DNA of 51,251 bases. Source: an uncultured Candidatus Saccharibacteria bacterium. Lineage in GTDB: Bacteria > Patescibacteriota > Minisyncoccia > Phycocordibacterales > JACOZG01. Position 1 is the stretch's first letter, and each line of letters starts with the position of its first letter. A model generated the notes under the pieces. The model was not told the origin of the DNA. It ran no database searches and was given only the letters and a program-made list of their open reading frames with translations. The translations under genes and the position numbers were made by a program. The stretch is from positions 1 to 51,251 of the forward strand of contig CAZJJW010000001.1 of assembly GCA_964546425.1 (NCBI GenBank), in the 5' to 3' direction. Of this stretch, positions 31,794 through 40,086 are shown piece after piece.

Positions 31794-33149
31794 GTGATTG
31801 AGAACGACCAATTGTGGCAAAGCGCGCTCGCCGAACTCGAGGTGGGCGTTTCCAAAGCCAACTTCGGCACCTGGTTTCGCAACACCAGCGTCGTCAAACA
31901 AGACACCGGCATCATCCATATCGGCGTACCGAACGCTTTTGTCAAAGACTGGCTTGCCAACAAATACCATAAGTCAATTTTGAAATCGCTCCGGGCGCTG
32001 GCGCCGGAAGTGCGGGCCATTGAATACACGATTATTAAATATGACCAGGCCGATAAGGCCAATCGAGTTGATTTGGGAGTAAAATCGCCGTTTGCCAACC
32101 AAATGGAGATCGGCGAACTCTACATTGACAAAGCCGACAACCTAAACCCGCGCTACATCTTCGATTCTTTCGTCGTCGGCTCTTTCAACGAGCTGGCCCA
32201 CGCCGCGGCTCAAGGGGTGGTCAAGAAGCTCGGACGCGTTTACAACCCGTTGTTTGTTTACGGCGGCACCGGCCTGGGTAAAACTCACTTGATTCAGGCG
32301 GTCGGCAATGTGATCAAACACGCCGGCGGCAAAAAGGTTTATTATGTCACCTCCGAGCAGTTTGTCATTGATTACATCAGCGCGGTTCAGAATAATCGGC
32401 CGAACGTTTTTAAGAATAAGTACCGCGACTATGATGTCCTGATTATGGACGATGTCCAATTTCTGTCCAAAAAAGTCCAGTCCCAGGAAGAGTTGTTCCA
32501 TTTATTCAATCATTTTCACGAAAATAACAAACAAATCATCTTTTCTTCCGACAAGCCGCCCAAATACATCACCGACTTGGAAGAACGGTTGCGCTCGCGG
32601 TTTGAGGGGGGAATGATTGTGGATATCGCGCGCCCGGACTATGAATCGCGCCTGGCGATCTTAAAAACCAAGCTGCATAACAGCGCTTTTTATCCCTCAA
32701 ACGAAGTCATTGACTATCTCGCTAACATTATCCAAGACAACATCAGGGAGCTGGAGGGCTCGCTTAACTCCATTGTTTGTCAATCACAATTGAAAAATCG
32801 CAATTTGTCTCTCCCTGAAGTTAAAGTTTTACTCAAGGACTCGATTAGACCCAAGAAGCTGGTCTCGATTAAAAATGTGGCTGGGGTGGTGGCGGAATTC
32901 TATAACATTAATGAAAAGATGCTTTACGAGAAAACGCGCAAGAAAGAAGTGGTTAAACCGCGCCAAGTGATTATGTATCTTTTGCGGGAGGACTTCAACA
33001 GTTCTTACCCTTACATCGGCCAAAAACTCGGCGGCCGCGACCACACCACGGTGATCCACGCTTATGATAAAATTAAGAATGATTTAAAAGGGGATAACTT
33101 GCTTGGCCAGGAAATTGAACAAATTAGAACTTTACTTTACAGTGAATAA
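31794..33149 (+). CDS. dnaA: Chromosomal replication initiator DnaA
   Basis: GTG start 9 nt after TATAAT (31779-31784). Walker A GGTGLGKTHL, Walker B LIMDDVQF, C-terminal DNA-binding GGRDHTTVIHA. Confidence 0.95.
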   Translation: MIENDQLWQSALAELEVGVSKANFGTWFRNTSVVKQDTGIIHIGVPNAFVKDWLANKYHKSILKSLRALAPEVRAIEYTIIKYDQADKANRVDLGVKSPFANQMEIGELYIDKADNLNPRYIFDSFVVGSFNELAHAAAQGVVKKLGRVYNPLFVYGGTGLGKTHLIQAVGNVIKHAGGKKVYYVTSEQFVIDYISAVQNNRPNVFKNKYRDYDVLIMDDVQFLSKKVQSQEELFHLFNHFHENNKQIIFSSDKPPKYITDLEERLRSRFEGGMIVDIARPDYESRLAILKTKLHNSAFYPSNEVIDYLANIIQDNIRELEGSLNSIVCQSQLKNRNLSLPEVKVLLKDSIRPKKLVSIKNVAGVVAEFYNINEKMLYEKTRKKEVVKPRQVIMYLLREDFNSSYPYIGQKLGGRDHTTVIHAYDKIKNDLKGDNLLGQEIEQIRTLLYSE

Positions 33150-33157
33150 TTCTTTCT

Positions 33158-33256
33158 TTACCCACAGTTTATCAAGCGGCCGGCTATTCTGTTATCCCCA
33201 GATCCACCAGGTTAGATATAATAGTAATTTAATTAATACTTAATTATTATAATAAG
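33158..33256. promoter_or_regulatory. Candidate oriC segment (DnaA boxes plus AT-rich unwinding element) in the dnaA-dnaN spacer
   Basis: TTACCCACAGTT at 33158-33169, TTATCCCCA at 33192-33200, GATCCACC at 33201-33208, then an almost pure A/T run GATATAATAGTAATTTAATTAATACTTAATTATTATAATAAG up to the dnaN ATG. Confidence 0.5.
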
Positions 33257-34366
33257 ATGAAAGTTGAATGTCTAAAAGATAAACTCCGTCAAGCGATCGC
33301 GATTGCCGATCGGATTACCGGCAAGAATCTTTCTTTAGCCGCTCTGGGGCATGTTTTCCTGGAGGCCAAAGATCACACGGTGATAGTCAGAACGACCAAT
33401 CTTGATTTGGGCATCGAAATCAACCTCCCCGTTAAAGTGGCCAAAGCGGGTGTCGCGCTAGTGAACAGTGGAGTAATTCATAATTTTCTTAATCATTTGG
33501 CGACTGATGAGGTGGTCAAATTGGAAGTGGTGAACGATAATTTGACGATTTCGACCGAGCATAGCGCCAGCGTCATTAAAGCTTATCCGCCGGACGATTT
33601 CCCCACCATTCCGCGGCTGGGGCAGGCGGCCAGTTTCACTGTGCCGGCCCAAAATCTGGCCAGTGGTTTGCGAGCCACGATCTATGCCGCCTCGCTCTCG
33701 GACATCAAACCCGAAATCGCCAGTGTTTATTTTTATTATGACGAGGAACGACGGCAACATGTTTTTGTGGCCACCGATTCTTTTCGTCTAGCCGAGAAAC
33801 GTCTCACCGGCGGCGCAGCCGCCATTGAGGCCTATAAACTAATCATCCCGATCAAAAATGCGGCGGAAATTTTTCGGGTGTTTGAATCGAGCGCCGCCGA
33901 AGTGATCATTAAACATAGCGCCAACCAAGCGGCGTTTGAAAGCGGCGAACTTTATCTCACCTCGCGCTTGGTCGAGGGCGTCTTCCCGGATTATCGTCAG
34001 GTGGTGCCGTCAAGCGCGCTCTCAAGCGTGGTGGTGCTTAAAAATGATTTGCTGAACGCGCTTAAATTATCGAACGTTTTTTCTGACAAATTAAATCAAA
34101 TTAATCTGCGAGTAATGGCCCAAGACAATGTTTTCGAAATCAATTCCCAAAATAGCGATGTCGGCGAAAGCAGCACCCGCCTGGAAGCGGCCATCCAGGG
34201 TGAAGCGGTTGATATTAGTTTTAATGTCAAATATTTGCTCGACTGTTTGCCGGCGGTGGCGAGCGACAGCGTCCACCTGCAGTTCAACGGCAAAACCCGG
34301 CCGATTTTGGTGTCCGGGGTGGGCGATCCCTCTTTCAGTTATTTAATCATGCCGCTCAATCGCTAA
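33257..34366 (+). CDS. dnaN: DNA polymerase III beta sliding clamp
   Basis: 369 aa, located immediately after dnaA. Typical three-domain length. Blocks ATDSFRLAE and LIMPL. Confidence 0.9.
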   Translation: MKVECLKDKLRQAIAIADRITGKNLSLAALGHVFLEAKDHTVIVRTTNLDLGIEINLPVKVAKAGVALVNSGVIHNFLNHLATDEVVKLEVVNDNLTISTEHSASVIKAYPPDDFPTIPRLGQAASFTVPAQNLASGLRATIYAASLSDIKPEIASVYFYYDEERRQHVFVATDSFRLAEKRLTGGAAAIEAYKLIIPIKNAAEIFRVFESSAAEVIIKHSANQAAFESGELYLTSRLVEGVFPDYRQVVPSSALSSVVVLKNDLLNALKLSNVFSDKLNQINLRVMAQDNVFEINSQNSDVGESSTRLEAAIQGEAVDISFNVKYLLDCLPAVASDSVHLQFNGKTRPILVSGVGDPSFSYLIMPLNR

Positions 34367-34367
34367 A

Positions 34368-34610
34368 ATGAAAGAAGTCGGGCTGTTTTTAGGGAAATTT
34401 CGCGATCTCAAAGTCGCGGACGCCGACCTGAAACAAGACTTAAGCGATATAATTTTTAATCAACTCGGGATTAAATTAAAACCGAGCGATTTTAATCTTT
34501 CCGGTGACGTGGTTTATCTCCAAGCCGCGCCGATTATCAAGAGTGAAATTTTGATTAACCGGGTCAAAATCCTGGCCGCCCTCGGCCGCAAGCTCGAGAA
34601 AATTATCTAG
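34368..34610 (+). CDS. Small DUF721/DciA-like protein (tentative)
   Basis: 80 aa directly after dnaN. The C-terminal pattern GDVVYLQAAPIIKSEILINRVKILAAL resembles the DUF721 core. Weak evidence. Confidence 0.3.
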   Translation: MKEVGLFLGKFRDLKVADADLKQDLSDIIFNQLGIKLKPSDFNLSGDVVYLQAAPIIKSEILINRVKILAALGRKLEKII

Positions 34611-37065
34611 TTTGGAAATCGACGCTTTGCTCGGCTTGGTTGCGGACCGAATCATAGACGACCACGCGCAACTGGTTAAGATCTTGCGGATTATCTAAGT
34701 CCTCTGGTATAAAAGAGAAAACGAATGGCTCCTTCCTCGTTGAACCGAGAAATTGATTATTAACGAACACGTCCACTTGCGCCAGCGGCCAGCGGCCGCG
34801 GTAATCTAACTCGACATTAATTTTAGCAGCCGCGCCGTAGCTCCCATTGCTCGTGGGTGAAGTCAGGCTAAAATTTGGCCCGGCGCCCGGCAGGTGCACA
34901 TCATCGGTGGCGGTCGGTAGATCCGCTTCGGTTTGTTCTTTGATATTTTGACTCGCTGCCCAGACCCGAATCGGCGGTTCCCAAAGTTTAAATTGCGAGT
35001 CATCGGTCCGGCCCAGCCAATAGAGAATCGAGTGAATTTGAGTGAGCACATGTTCTTCTTTGGTTTCTTCCGGGGTATTGTCGGTCGCTAATTTCCCCGA
35101 GATTTTATCAATGAAATAATTTTTGCCGCCTTGCCAGAAGCCGCGGTGGACTGGTGGCAGGTCGAGACTTGTCTCAAGCGGCGGCGTGAATGTTTCCACC
35201 GGTACGGTTTTTAAGGCCTCGGCCATGAAGGCGTGCCAGAGCGGCGCCACAATGAAGCCGGCCACCTTCTTCTCCATCGGGGTGTTGTCATTGTTGCCGA
35301 CCCAGGCGCCGGCGACGATGCTCGGCGTATAGCCCAAAACCCAAGCATCTTTGTAATCATTGGTGGTGCCGGTTTTGGCGGCGACTTGGCGGTTCGGGAA
35401 AGTGAGCGGCGAGTTAATGGCGAAGGTGGGCACGCGCGCTTCATTATCCGATAGAATATTCGAAATTAAGCGGGCGGTGTTTATCGGTAACACCTGACGG
35501 CTGGCGGGCGTGAATTCTTCTAAAACCTGGCCCTCATCGTCTTCAATTTTAAGAATACTGGCGTAAGGATTTCTGGCGCCCTCGTTGGCGAAGACGCCGT
35601 AGGCGCTCGTCAAGTCAAGCAGGGAGACTTCGCCGCCGCCCAAGACCAAGGTCAGGCCGTATTGGCCCGGCTTGCCCAAGCTCTCGATCCCCAGGTCTCG
35701 GGCGAGCTTCAGGACATCGGCTAGACCGGCCAAGTACAAAACTTTAATTGAGGGAATATTAATAGATTGGGCCAAGGCGTGGCGCAAATCAATCGGCCCC
35801 CGATACTTATCGTCATAATTGGTTGGTTTATAACAATTGGCAGCCCGCTCGGCACAAGTCGTATCAAATTGGGTTGGCAGATCAAACAACATTGTTTCCG
35901 GAGCATAACCTTTATTGAAAGCTTGCGCGTAGACAATCGGTTTAAACGAGGAGCCCGGCTGGCGGTGAGCGGTCGTGATGTTAAAATTACCCTCGTTGGT
36001 GATGTCAAAGTAGTCTCGGGAACCGACCATCACCAGAATCTGGCCCGTTTTTGGGTCAATGGCCACCAGGCCGGCGTTGCCGGCGTTGAATTTGGTCTGG
36101 TTTTCTTCACCGTATTTCTTAACAATTTCTTCGGCCTTTTGTTCCAATGGCCAGTTGAGCGTGGTTGTCACCTTGAAGCCCTTGGTGAGCAGCGCCTCAC
36201 GGCCGTACTTTTCTTCCAGATAACTTCTGACGAATTCCACAAAGTGCGGCGCCTTAATGCCGCGCTCGCTGCGCGGGGCGAAGCTGACCTTCTCCGCCTC
36301 GGCCGCTTTAGCTTCCTCATCTGTGATAAAACCAAGCTCGCCCATTCTTTTTAAGACCAAGTTTTTGCGATCTTCCAGTCGATCACGATGACTGCCGTAC
36401 GGCGAGTAGAAAGTTGGCGCTTGGGGCAGGGCGGCGAGGTAGGCGGCTTCGGCGAGTGTTACTTCACTGGCTGGCTTTTGGAAGAAACTTTGAGCCGCTT
36501 CTTCAATGCCATAAATATTGCCGCCGTAAGGCGTTTCGTTGAGATAAAGGCCCAAGATTTGCTCTTTGGTCATCGCCCGCTCGATTTTCAACGCCAGGAC
36601 CACTTCTTTCAACTTCCGCGTAATCTTTTTGTCTTGAGTTAGAAGCGAGTTTTTAATCAATTGCTGGGTGATCGTCGAACCGCCCTGGCCGAGCGAGCCT
36701 TGACGTAGCCGGAGATTGACCAGGATGGCCCGCAAGATGGCCTTGGGCTCAATCCCGTGGTGGTGGTAGAACTCGGCGTCTTCGATCGCCACTGTGGCGT
36801 TCTTGATGTTTTTAGAAATCTCCTCGAAGGGGACGACTTGCCGTTTAACATTCTCATGAATGTCATAGAGCAAAATTTTGCCGGTCCGGTCATAAATTTT
36901 GGTGGACTCGGTCACTTGCCGCTCGCTGAAGGTATTGAAGTCCGGAATCGGCAGACTGACCAACCACAGCGTCAAAATGCCGGCGCCAAAAAACCCGAGC
37001 GTCAGTACCAGCAAAACAATCTTTACCCCCCAGTGCCGCCAAAATTTCCGCCACTTAATTTTCAT
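34603..37065 (-). CDS. Class A penicillin-binding protein (PBP1A-type transglycosylase/transpeptidase)
   Basis: GT51 motifs AIEDAEFYHHHG and GGSTITQQ. Transpeptidase motifs SSFKP, SIN and KTGTT. N-terminal TM anchor. Confidence 0.9.
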   Translation of the reverse strand: MKIKWRKFWRHWGVKIVLLVLTLGFFGAGILTLWLVSLPIPDFNTFSERQVTESTKIYDRTGKILLYDIHENVKRQVVPFEEISKNIKNATVAIEDAEFYHHHGIEPKAILRAILVNLRLRQGSLGQGGSTITQQLIKNSLLTQDKKITRKLKEVVLALKIERAMTKEQILGLYLNETPYGGNIYGIEEAAQSFFQKPASEVTLAEAAYLAALPQAPTFYSPYGSHRDRLEDRKNLVLKRMGELGFITDEEAKAAEAEKVSFAPRSERGIKAPHFVEFVRSYLEEKYGREALLTKGFKVTTTLNWPLEQKAEEIVKKYGEENQTKFNAGNAGLVAIDPKTGQILVMVGSRDYFDITNEGNFNITTAHRQPGSSFKPIVYAQAFNKGYAPETMLFDLPTQFDTTCAERAANCYKPTNYDDKYRGPIDLRHALAQSINIPSIKVLYLAGLADVLKLARDLGIESLGKPGQYGLTLVLGGGEVSLLDLTSAYGVFANEGARNPYASILKIEDDEGQVLEEFTPASRQVLPINTARLISNILSDNEARVPTFAINSPLTFPNRQVAAKTGTTNDYKDAWVLGYTPSIVAGAWVGNNDNTPMEKKVAGFIVAPLWHAFMAEALKTVPVETFTPPLETSLDLPPVHRGFWQGGKNYFIDKISGKLATDNTPEETKEEHVLTQIHSILYWLGRTDDSQFKLWEPPIRVWAASQNIKEQTEADLPTATDDVHLPGAGPNFSLTSPTSNGSYGAAAKINVELDYRGRWPLAQVDVFVNNQFLGSTRKEPFVFSFIPEDLDNPQDLNQLRVVVYDSVRNQAEQSVDFQTR

Positions 37066-37119
37066 CCCAACACTCTAACACAGGTAGCTAAGAAGATTAA
37101 GGCATGCTAAGATAACGGC

Positions 37120-37380
37120 ATGAGGAAATCCGCCTACACTTTTCGGGTAATGATTGAGCCGGACGGTAAAGGGTATCACGGCTTTGTCCCGCTCTTGCCG
37201 GGGGTCCATACTTACGGTAAAAATTTTAAGGAGACCAGAAACCGCCTTGACGAAGCCGTTAAGTGCCACCTTCAAGGTTTACTCAAAGATCGAGAGGCTA
37301 TCCCCCAAGAGTCCGAGGCTCTCGAGATTGTTACCACCATTTCTGATCGCGAGCTTGGTATGGCGAGCCGCTATGCCTAA
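37120..37380 (+). CDS. hicB: HicB-family antitoxin (UPF0150 core)
   Basis: YTFRVMIEPDGKGYHGFVPLLPGVHTYGKNFKETRNRLDEAVKCHLQGL. Confidence 0.7.
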   Translation: MRKSAYTFRVMIEPDGKGYHGFVPLLPGVHTYGKNFKETRNRLDEAVKCHLQGLLKDREAIPQESEALEIVTTISDRELGMASRYA

Positions 37381-37597
37381 ACTGCCGGTCATCAGGACGC
37401 GACAATTGATTGAGGTGCTTCGCAAATTAGGTTTTTACAAACACCACCAGGTTGGTAGCCACGCTCAATTTAAGAATTTTTCGGGTCAGAGAATTACTGT
37501 TATTATTCACAGTCGTGATCAAGTCGGGCGGAAAACCCTGAAGGGAATCATTACCGATTTACATCTGACGGTTGAGGAGTTTATTGGTTTGCTTTAG
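37373..37597 (+). CDS. hicA: HicA-family toxin
   Basis: ORF 37154..37597 trimmed to ATG 37373. RQLIEVLRKLGFYKHHQVGSHAQFKN...ITVIIHSRDQVGRKTLKGIITDLHL. Confidence 0.7.
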   Translation: MPKLPVIRTRQLIEVLRKLGFYKHHQVGSHAQFKNFSGQRITVIIHSRDQVGRKTLKGIITDLHLTVEEFIGLL

Positions 37598-37642
37598 TAT
37601 ATTTTATGGAACTAACTCGGCGGTTTGAATATTTATTAGCTA

Positions 37643-37651
37643 TGTTACAAT
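37643..37651 (+). promoter_or_regulatory. Extended -10 promoter element TGTTACAAT
   Basis: Same 9-mer as at 11078-11086. TTGAAT-like -35 at 37625-37630. Confidence 0.45.
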
Positions 37652-37657
37652 AGAGCC

Positions 37658-37831
37658 ACAACTGAATATGGCCTAAACCTCGCCACTGGCGAGGCATGGC
37701 ATGAAATCGCGACGAACATGGAAAACCCATCATTAGGGCGTTCGTCGCGTTATATCGGGAAACCGGTATAGGACCGCAAGGTCTCCTAGTGGTGGGCTTT
37801 CTGCCGCTAGGGCGTATCAAGCGCGACGGAT
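37658..37831 (+). ncRNA. Candidate structured leader or ncRNA (five consecutive hairpins) upstream of the methyltransferase
   Basis: Hairpins at 37678-37694, 37708-37749 (10-bp stem), 37751-37770 (8 bp, GAAA loop), 37771-37784 (GCAA loop) and 37785-37811 (8 bp). Class unknown. Confidence 0.35.
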
Positions 37832-39001
37832 ATGCCCAAACATCAACTTAAAACCAATGTAATTTATTGCGGAGACAATCTGCAGATGTTAAAAGAAGTC
37901 CCCGATGAGTCGGTGGATTTAATTTACATTGATCCGCCGTTCAACAGTAACCGCAATTACGAGGTCTTTTGGGGAGATGTTCAAGAAAAAAGGGCATTTG
38001 AAGATCGCTTTGGCGACGTCGACGCTTACATCCAATACATGAGACCACGCGTTTTGGAACTTTATCGCGTCCTCAAGCCGACAGGCAGTTTCTATTACCA
38101 CTGCGACTGGTATGCTAGTCATTATGTTAAACTAATGCTGGACCAGATTTTCAACTTTAACAATTTTCAAAATGAGATTGTGTGGGCTTATCGTACCGGC
38201 GGAGCAACAAAGAAAAGATGGGCCAGAAAACACGACACGATTTTCTTTTATACAAAATCGCAAAAATATACTTTTAATTTCCAGCTTGAGCGTATTTACT
38301 ATGGAAAACCGTTCTTTTCTCCGAAGCAAGACGAACAAGGACGATGGTATGCAGATGTTATTGTCAGGGACGTTTGGGACATTCCAGCCGTTATCAATAT
38401 TTCAAAAGAACGTCTCGGTTATCCAACCCAAAAACCACTTGCGTTGCTTGAGAGAATAATTAGTGCCAGTAGCCAGAAAGACGATGTCGTTCTAGATGCT
38501 TTCTGTGGTTGCGGGACCGCTCTGGTAGCTTCTCACAAACTAGGTCGAAAATGGATTGGCATTGATATTTCACCAACAGCGTGCCGTGTCATGGCGCAAC
38601 GGCTCTGGGACGAGTTCAGATTGGAGGAGGGCAAAGATTTTATGCTTAGCGATATGCCACGGAGCGAAGCCGACTTGATGCAACTCCCGCCGTTTGAATT
38701 CCAAAATTGGGCTTGCGTTGCCCTTGGCGCCATACCTAATCGGGTCAAGGTTGGTGATTATGGGATTGACGGCAAGCTTTACCCGATTGAGCGAGAGAAG
38801 GGCAAAAGCGACGAGAAGGGATTGTTTGGCGATTTCCAAACTGCTATTAGGCGAGACGGCCGGAGGAAGGGTTATTTCGTTTCCTTTGATTTCACCGAGG
38901 ACGCTATCAGAGAAATAAAACGTCTCGACAAAGAGGGCCAAATTGAAATTATTCCCATAACCGTTAAGGAATTATTGAAGAAAGAAGAACTTGCCGTATG
39001 A
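37832..39001 (+). CDS. Beta-class DNA methyltransferase (N6-adenine or N4-cytosine) with degenerate C-terminal nuclease-like domain
   Basis: Motif IV IYIDPPF precedes motif I VVLDAFCGCGTALVAS. YPTQKPLALLERII. The C-terminal GDYGIDG...KGYFVSFDFTEDA resembles an Mrr-type domain lacking its central block. Confidence 0.8.
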   Translation: MPKHQLKTNVIYCGDNLQMLKEVPDESVDLIYIDPPFNSNRNYEVFWGDVQEKRAFEDRFGDVDAYIQYMRPRVLELYRVLKPTGSFYYHCDWYASHYVKLMLDQIFNFNNFQNEIVWAYRTGGATKKRWARKHDTIFFYTKSQKYTFNFQLERIYYGKPFFSPKQDEQGRWYADVIVRDVWDIPAVINISKERLGYPTQKPLALLERIISASSQKDDVVLDAFCGCGTALVASHKLGRKWIGIDISPTACRVMAQRLWDEFRLEEGKDFMLSDMPRSEADLMQLPPFEFQNWACVALGAIPNRVKVGDYGIDGKLYPIEREKGKSDEKGLFGDFQTAIRRDGRRKGYFVSFDFTEDAIREIKRLDKEGQIEIIPITVKELLKKEELAV

Positions 39002-39095
39002 TTGTGGGTTAGGTTCGTTATATCATAGTCAGGTTTGGAAGTCAAGGCGAAATAGGGAGCTTGCATAGGTTTGGAGGATTTGGTAGGATAAAGCT

Positions 39096-39794
39096 ATGGA
39101 TTCTGAGCTTCTGCCCATTGGGGAAACCGCTAAGTTGTTGAGGGTGTCGATTGATACTTTACGGCGCTGGGATAAAAGCGGTCGGTTGGAGTCTTTGAGG
39201 GAATCACCCGCCGGCCATCGCTATTATTGGCGCCAAGAGATTGAGGCCCAAGAATGGGTCGTTAGGGGATCCAAAATCTCTGAAGCTTACTATTGCTCCA
39301 ACAGTGCCGTCTTCCAAGCCCGGCTAATGACCCTGCAAACTAAGTTGGAAAAGGTCGAAGACAAAAACTTGAGGGAAATTTCTCCGCTCATTGTGGCGGT
39401 GGCCGGCGAGATCGGAAATAATTCCTTTGATCACAACTTGGGTAATTGGCCGGATGTCGCTGGCGTCTTTTTTGGCTATAATCTTAGCAAGCGCCGGATA
39501 GTTTTGGCCGACCGAGGCCAAGGGGTCTTGAAGACCCTTAAACAAACTCTCCCAGAACTTAAAAACGACGACGAGGCTTTAAGGGTCGCTTTCACCAAGG
39601 TGATATCTGGCCGGGCGCCGGAGTCCAGAGGTAACGGTCTGAAATTTGTGAGAGAGGTTATGATTAAATATCCACTGCGACTGACATTCCGGACGGGGGA
39701 GGCGGGGTTGGAACTAAAACCGGGAGACAAGGATTTGGTCATTAAAAAAGTTAAGCCAGCTTTTAGGGGTTGTCTGGCGGTTATTAAATTTTAA
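39096..39794 (+). CDS. MerR-type HTH fused to an RsbW/SpoIIAB-like GHKL ATPase domain
   Basis: N-terminus IGETAKLLRVSIDTLRRWDKSGRL (MerR HTH). C-terminal N-box EIGNNSFDHN, G1 ADRGQG, G2 RGNGLKFV. Confidence 0.6.
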   Translation: MDSELLPIGETAKLLRVSIDTLRRWDKSGRLESLRESPAGHRYYWRQEIEAQEWVVRGSKISEAYYCSNSAVFQARLMTLQTKLEKVEDKNLREISPLIVAVAGEIGNNSFDHNLGNWPDVAGVFFGYNLSKRRIVLADRGQGVLKTLKQTLPELKNDDEALRVAFTKVISGRAPESRGNGLKFVREVMIKYPLRLTFRTGEAGLELKPGDKDLVIKKVKPAFRGCLAVIKF

Positions 39795-39798
39795 TTTT

Positions 39799-40086
39799 AT
39801 GAAGATTGAGCTGAAAAAATTTGGGACAATGCTTGTTTCGCGCCAAGCCGGCCGAGAAGCGTATGCCGCTTTTGCCCCCTCGCTCCGGGAGGCGGGAAGG
39901 GCCGAACCAATCGAGGTGGACTTTTCCGGCGTGATTACCTTCTCGCCCTCTTGGGGCGATGAATTCTTGCGTCCACTGGCGGAGAATTATGGTGATCGGC
40001 TGGAATTACTAGAAAGCGACAATCTTTCGGTGCTTGCCAGCCTAGATATTCTTAAAAAGACAAATGCGGTAAACTTAGAAAGATGA
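39799..40086 (+). CDS. STAS-like (DUF4325-type) small protein
   Basis: 95 aa. VSRQAGREAY...IEVDFSGVITFSPSWGDEF matches the DUF4325/STAS-like pattern. The stop overlaps the tyrS start (ATGA). Confidence 0.5.
   Translation: MKIELKKFGTMLVSRQAGREAYAAFAPSLREAGRAEPIEVDFSGVITFSPSWGDEFLRPLAENYGDRLELLESDNLSVLASLDILKKTNAVNLER

Noticed and set aside
37154-37372. Long N-terminal extension of the second hicA ORF overlapping hicB.
   Set aside because: The HicA homology begins at the ATG at 37373. The upstream part is an alternative frame of hicB.
37678-37812. Resemblance of CACTGGCGAGG ... CCGCTAGGGCG to the ZTP (pfl) riboswitch words ACUGGCG ... CCGCCUGGGC.
   Set aside because: The 3' word differs at key positions, the intervening architecture does not match my recollection of the pfl fold, and the downstream gene (a DNA methyltransferase) is not in the purine or folate regulon.
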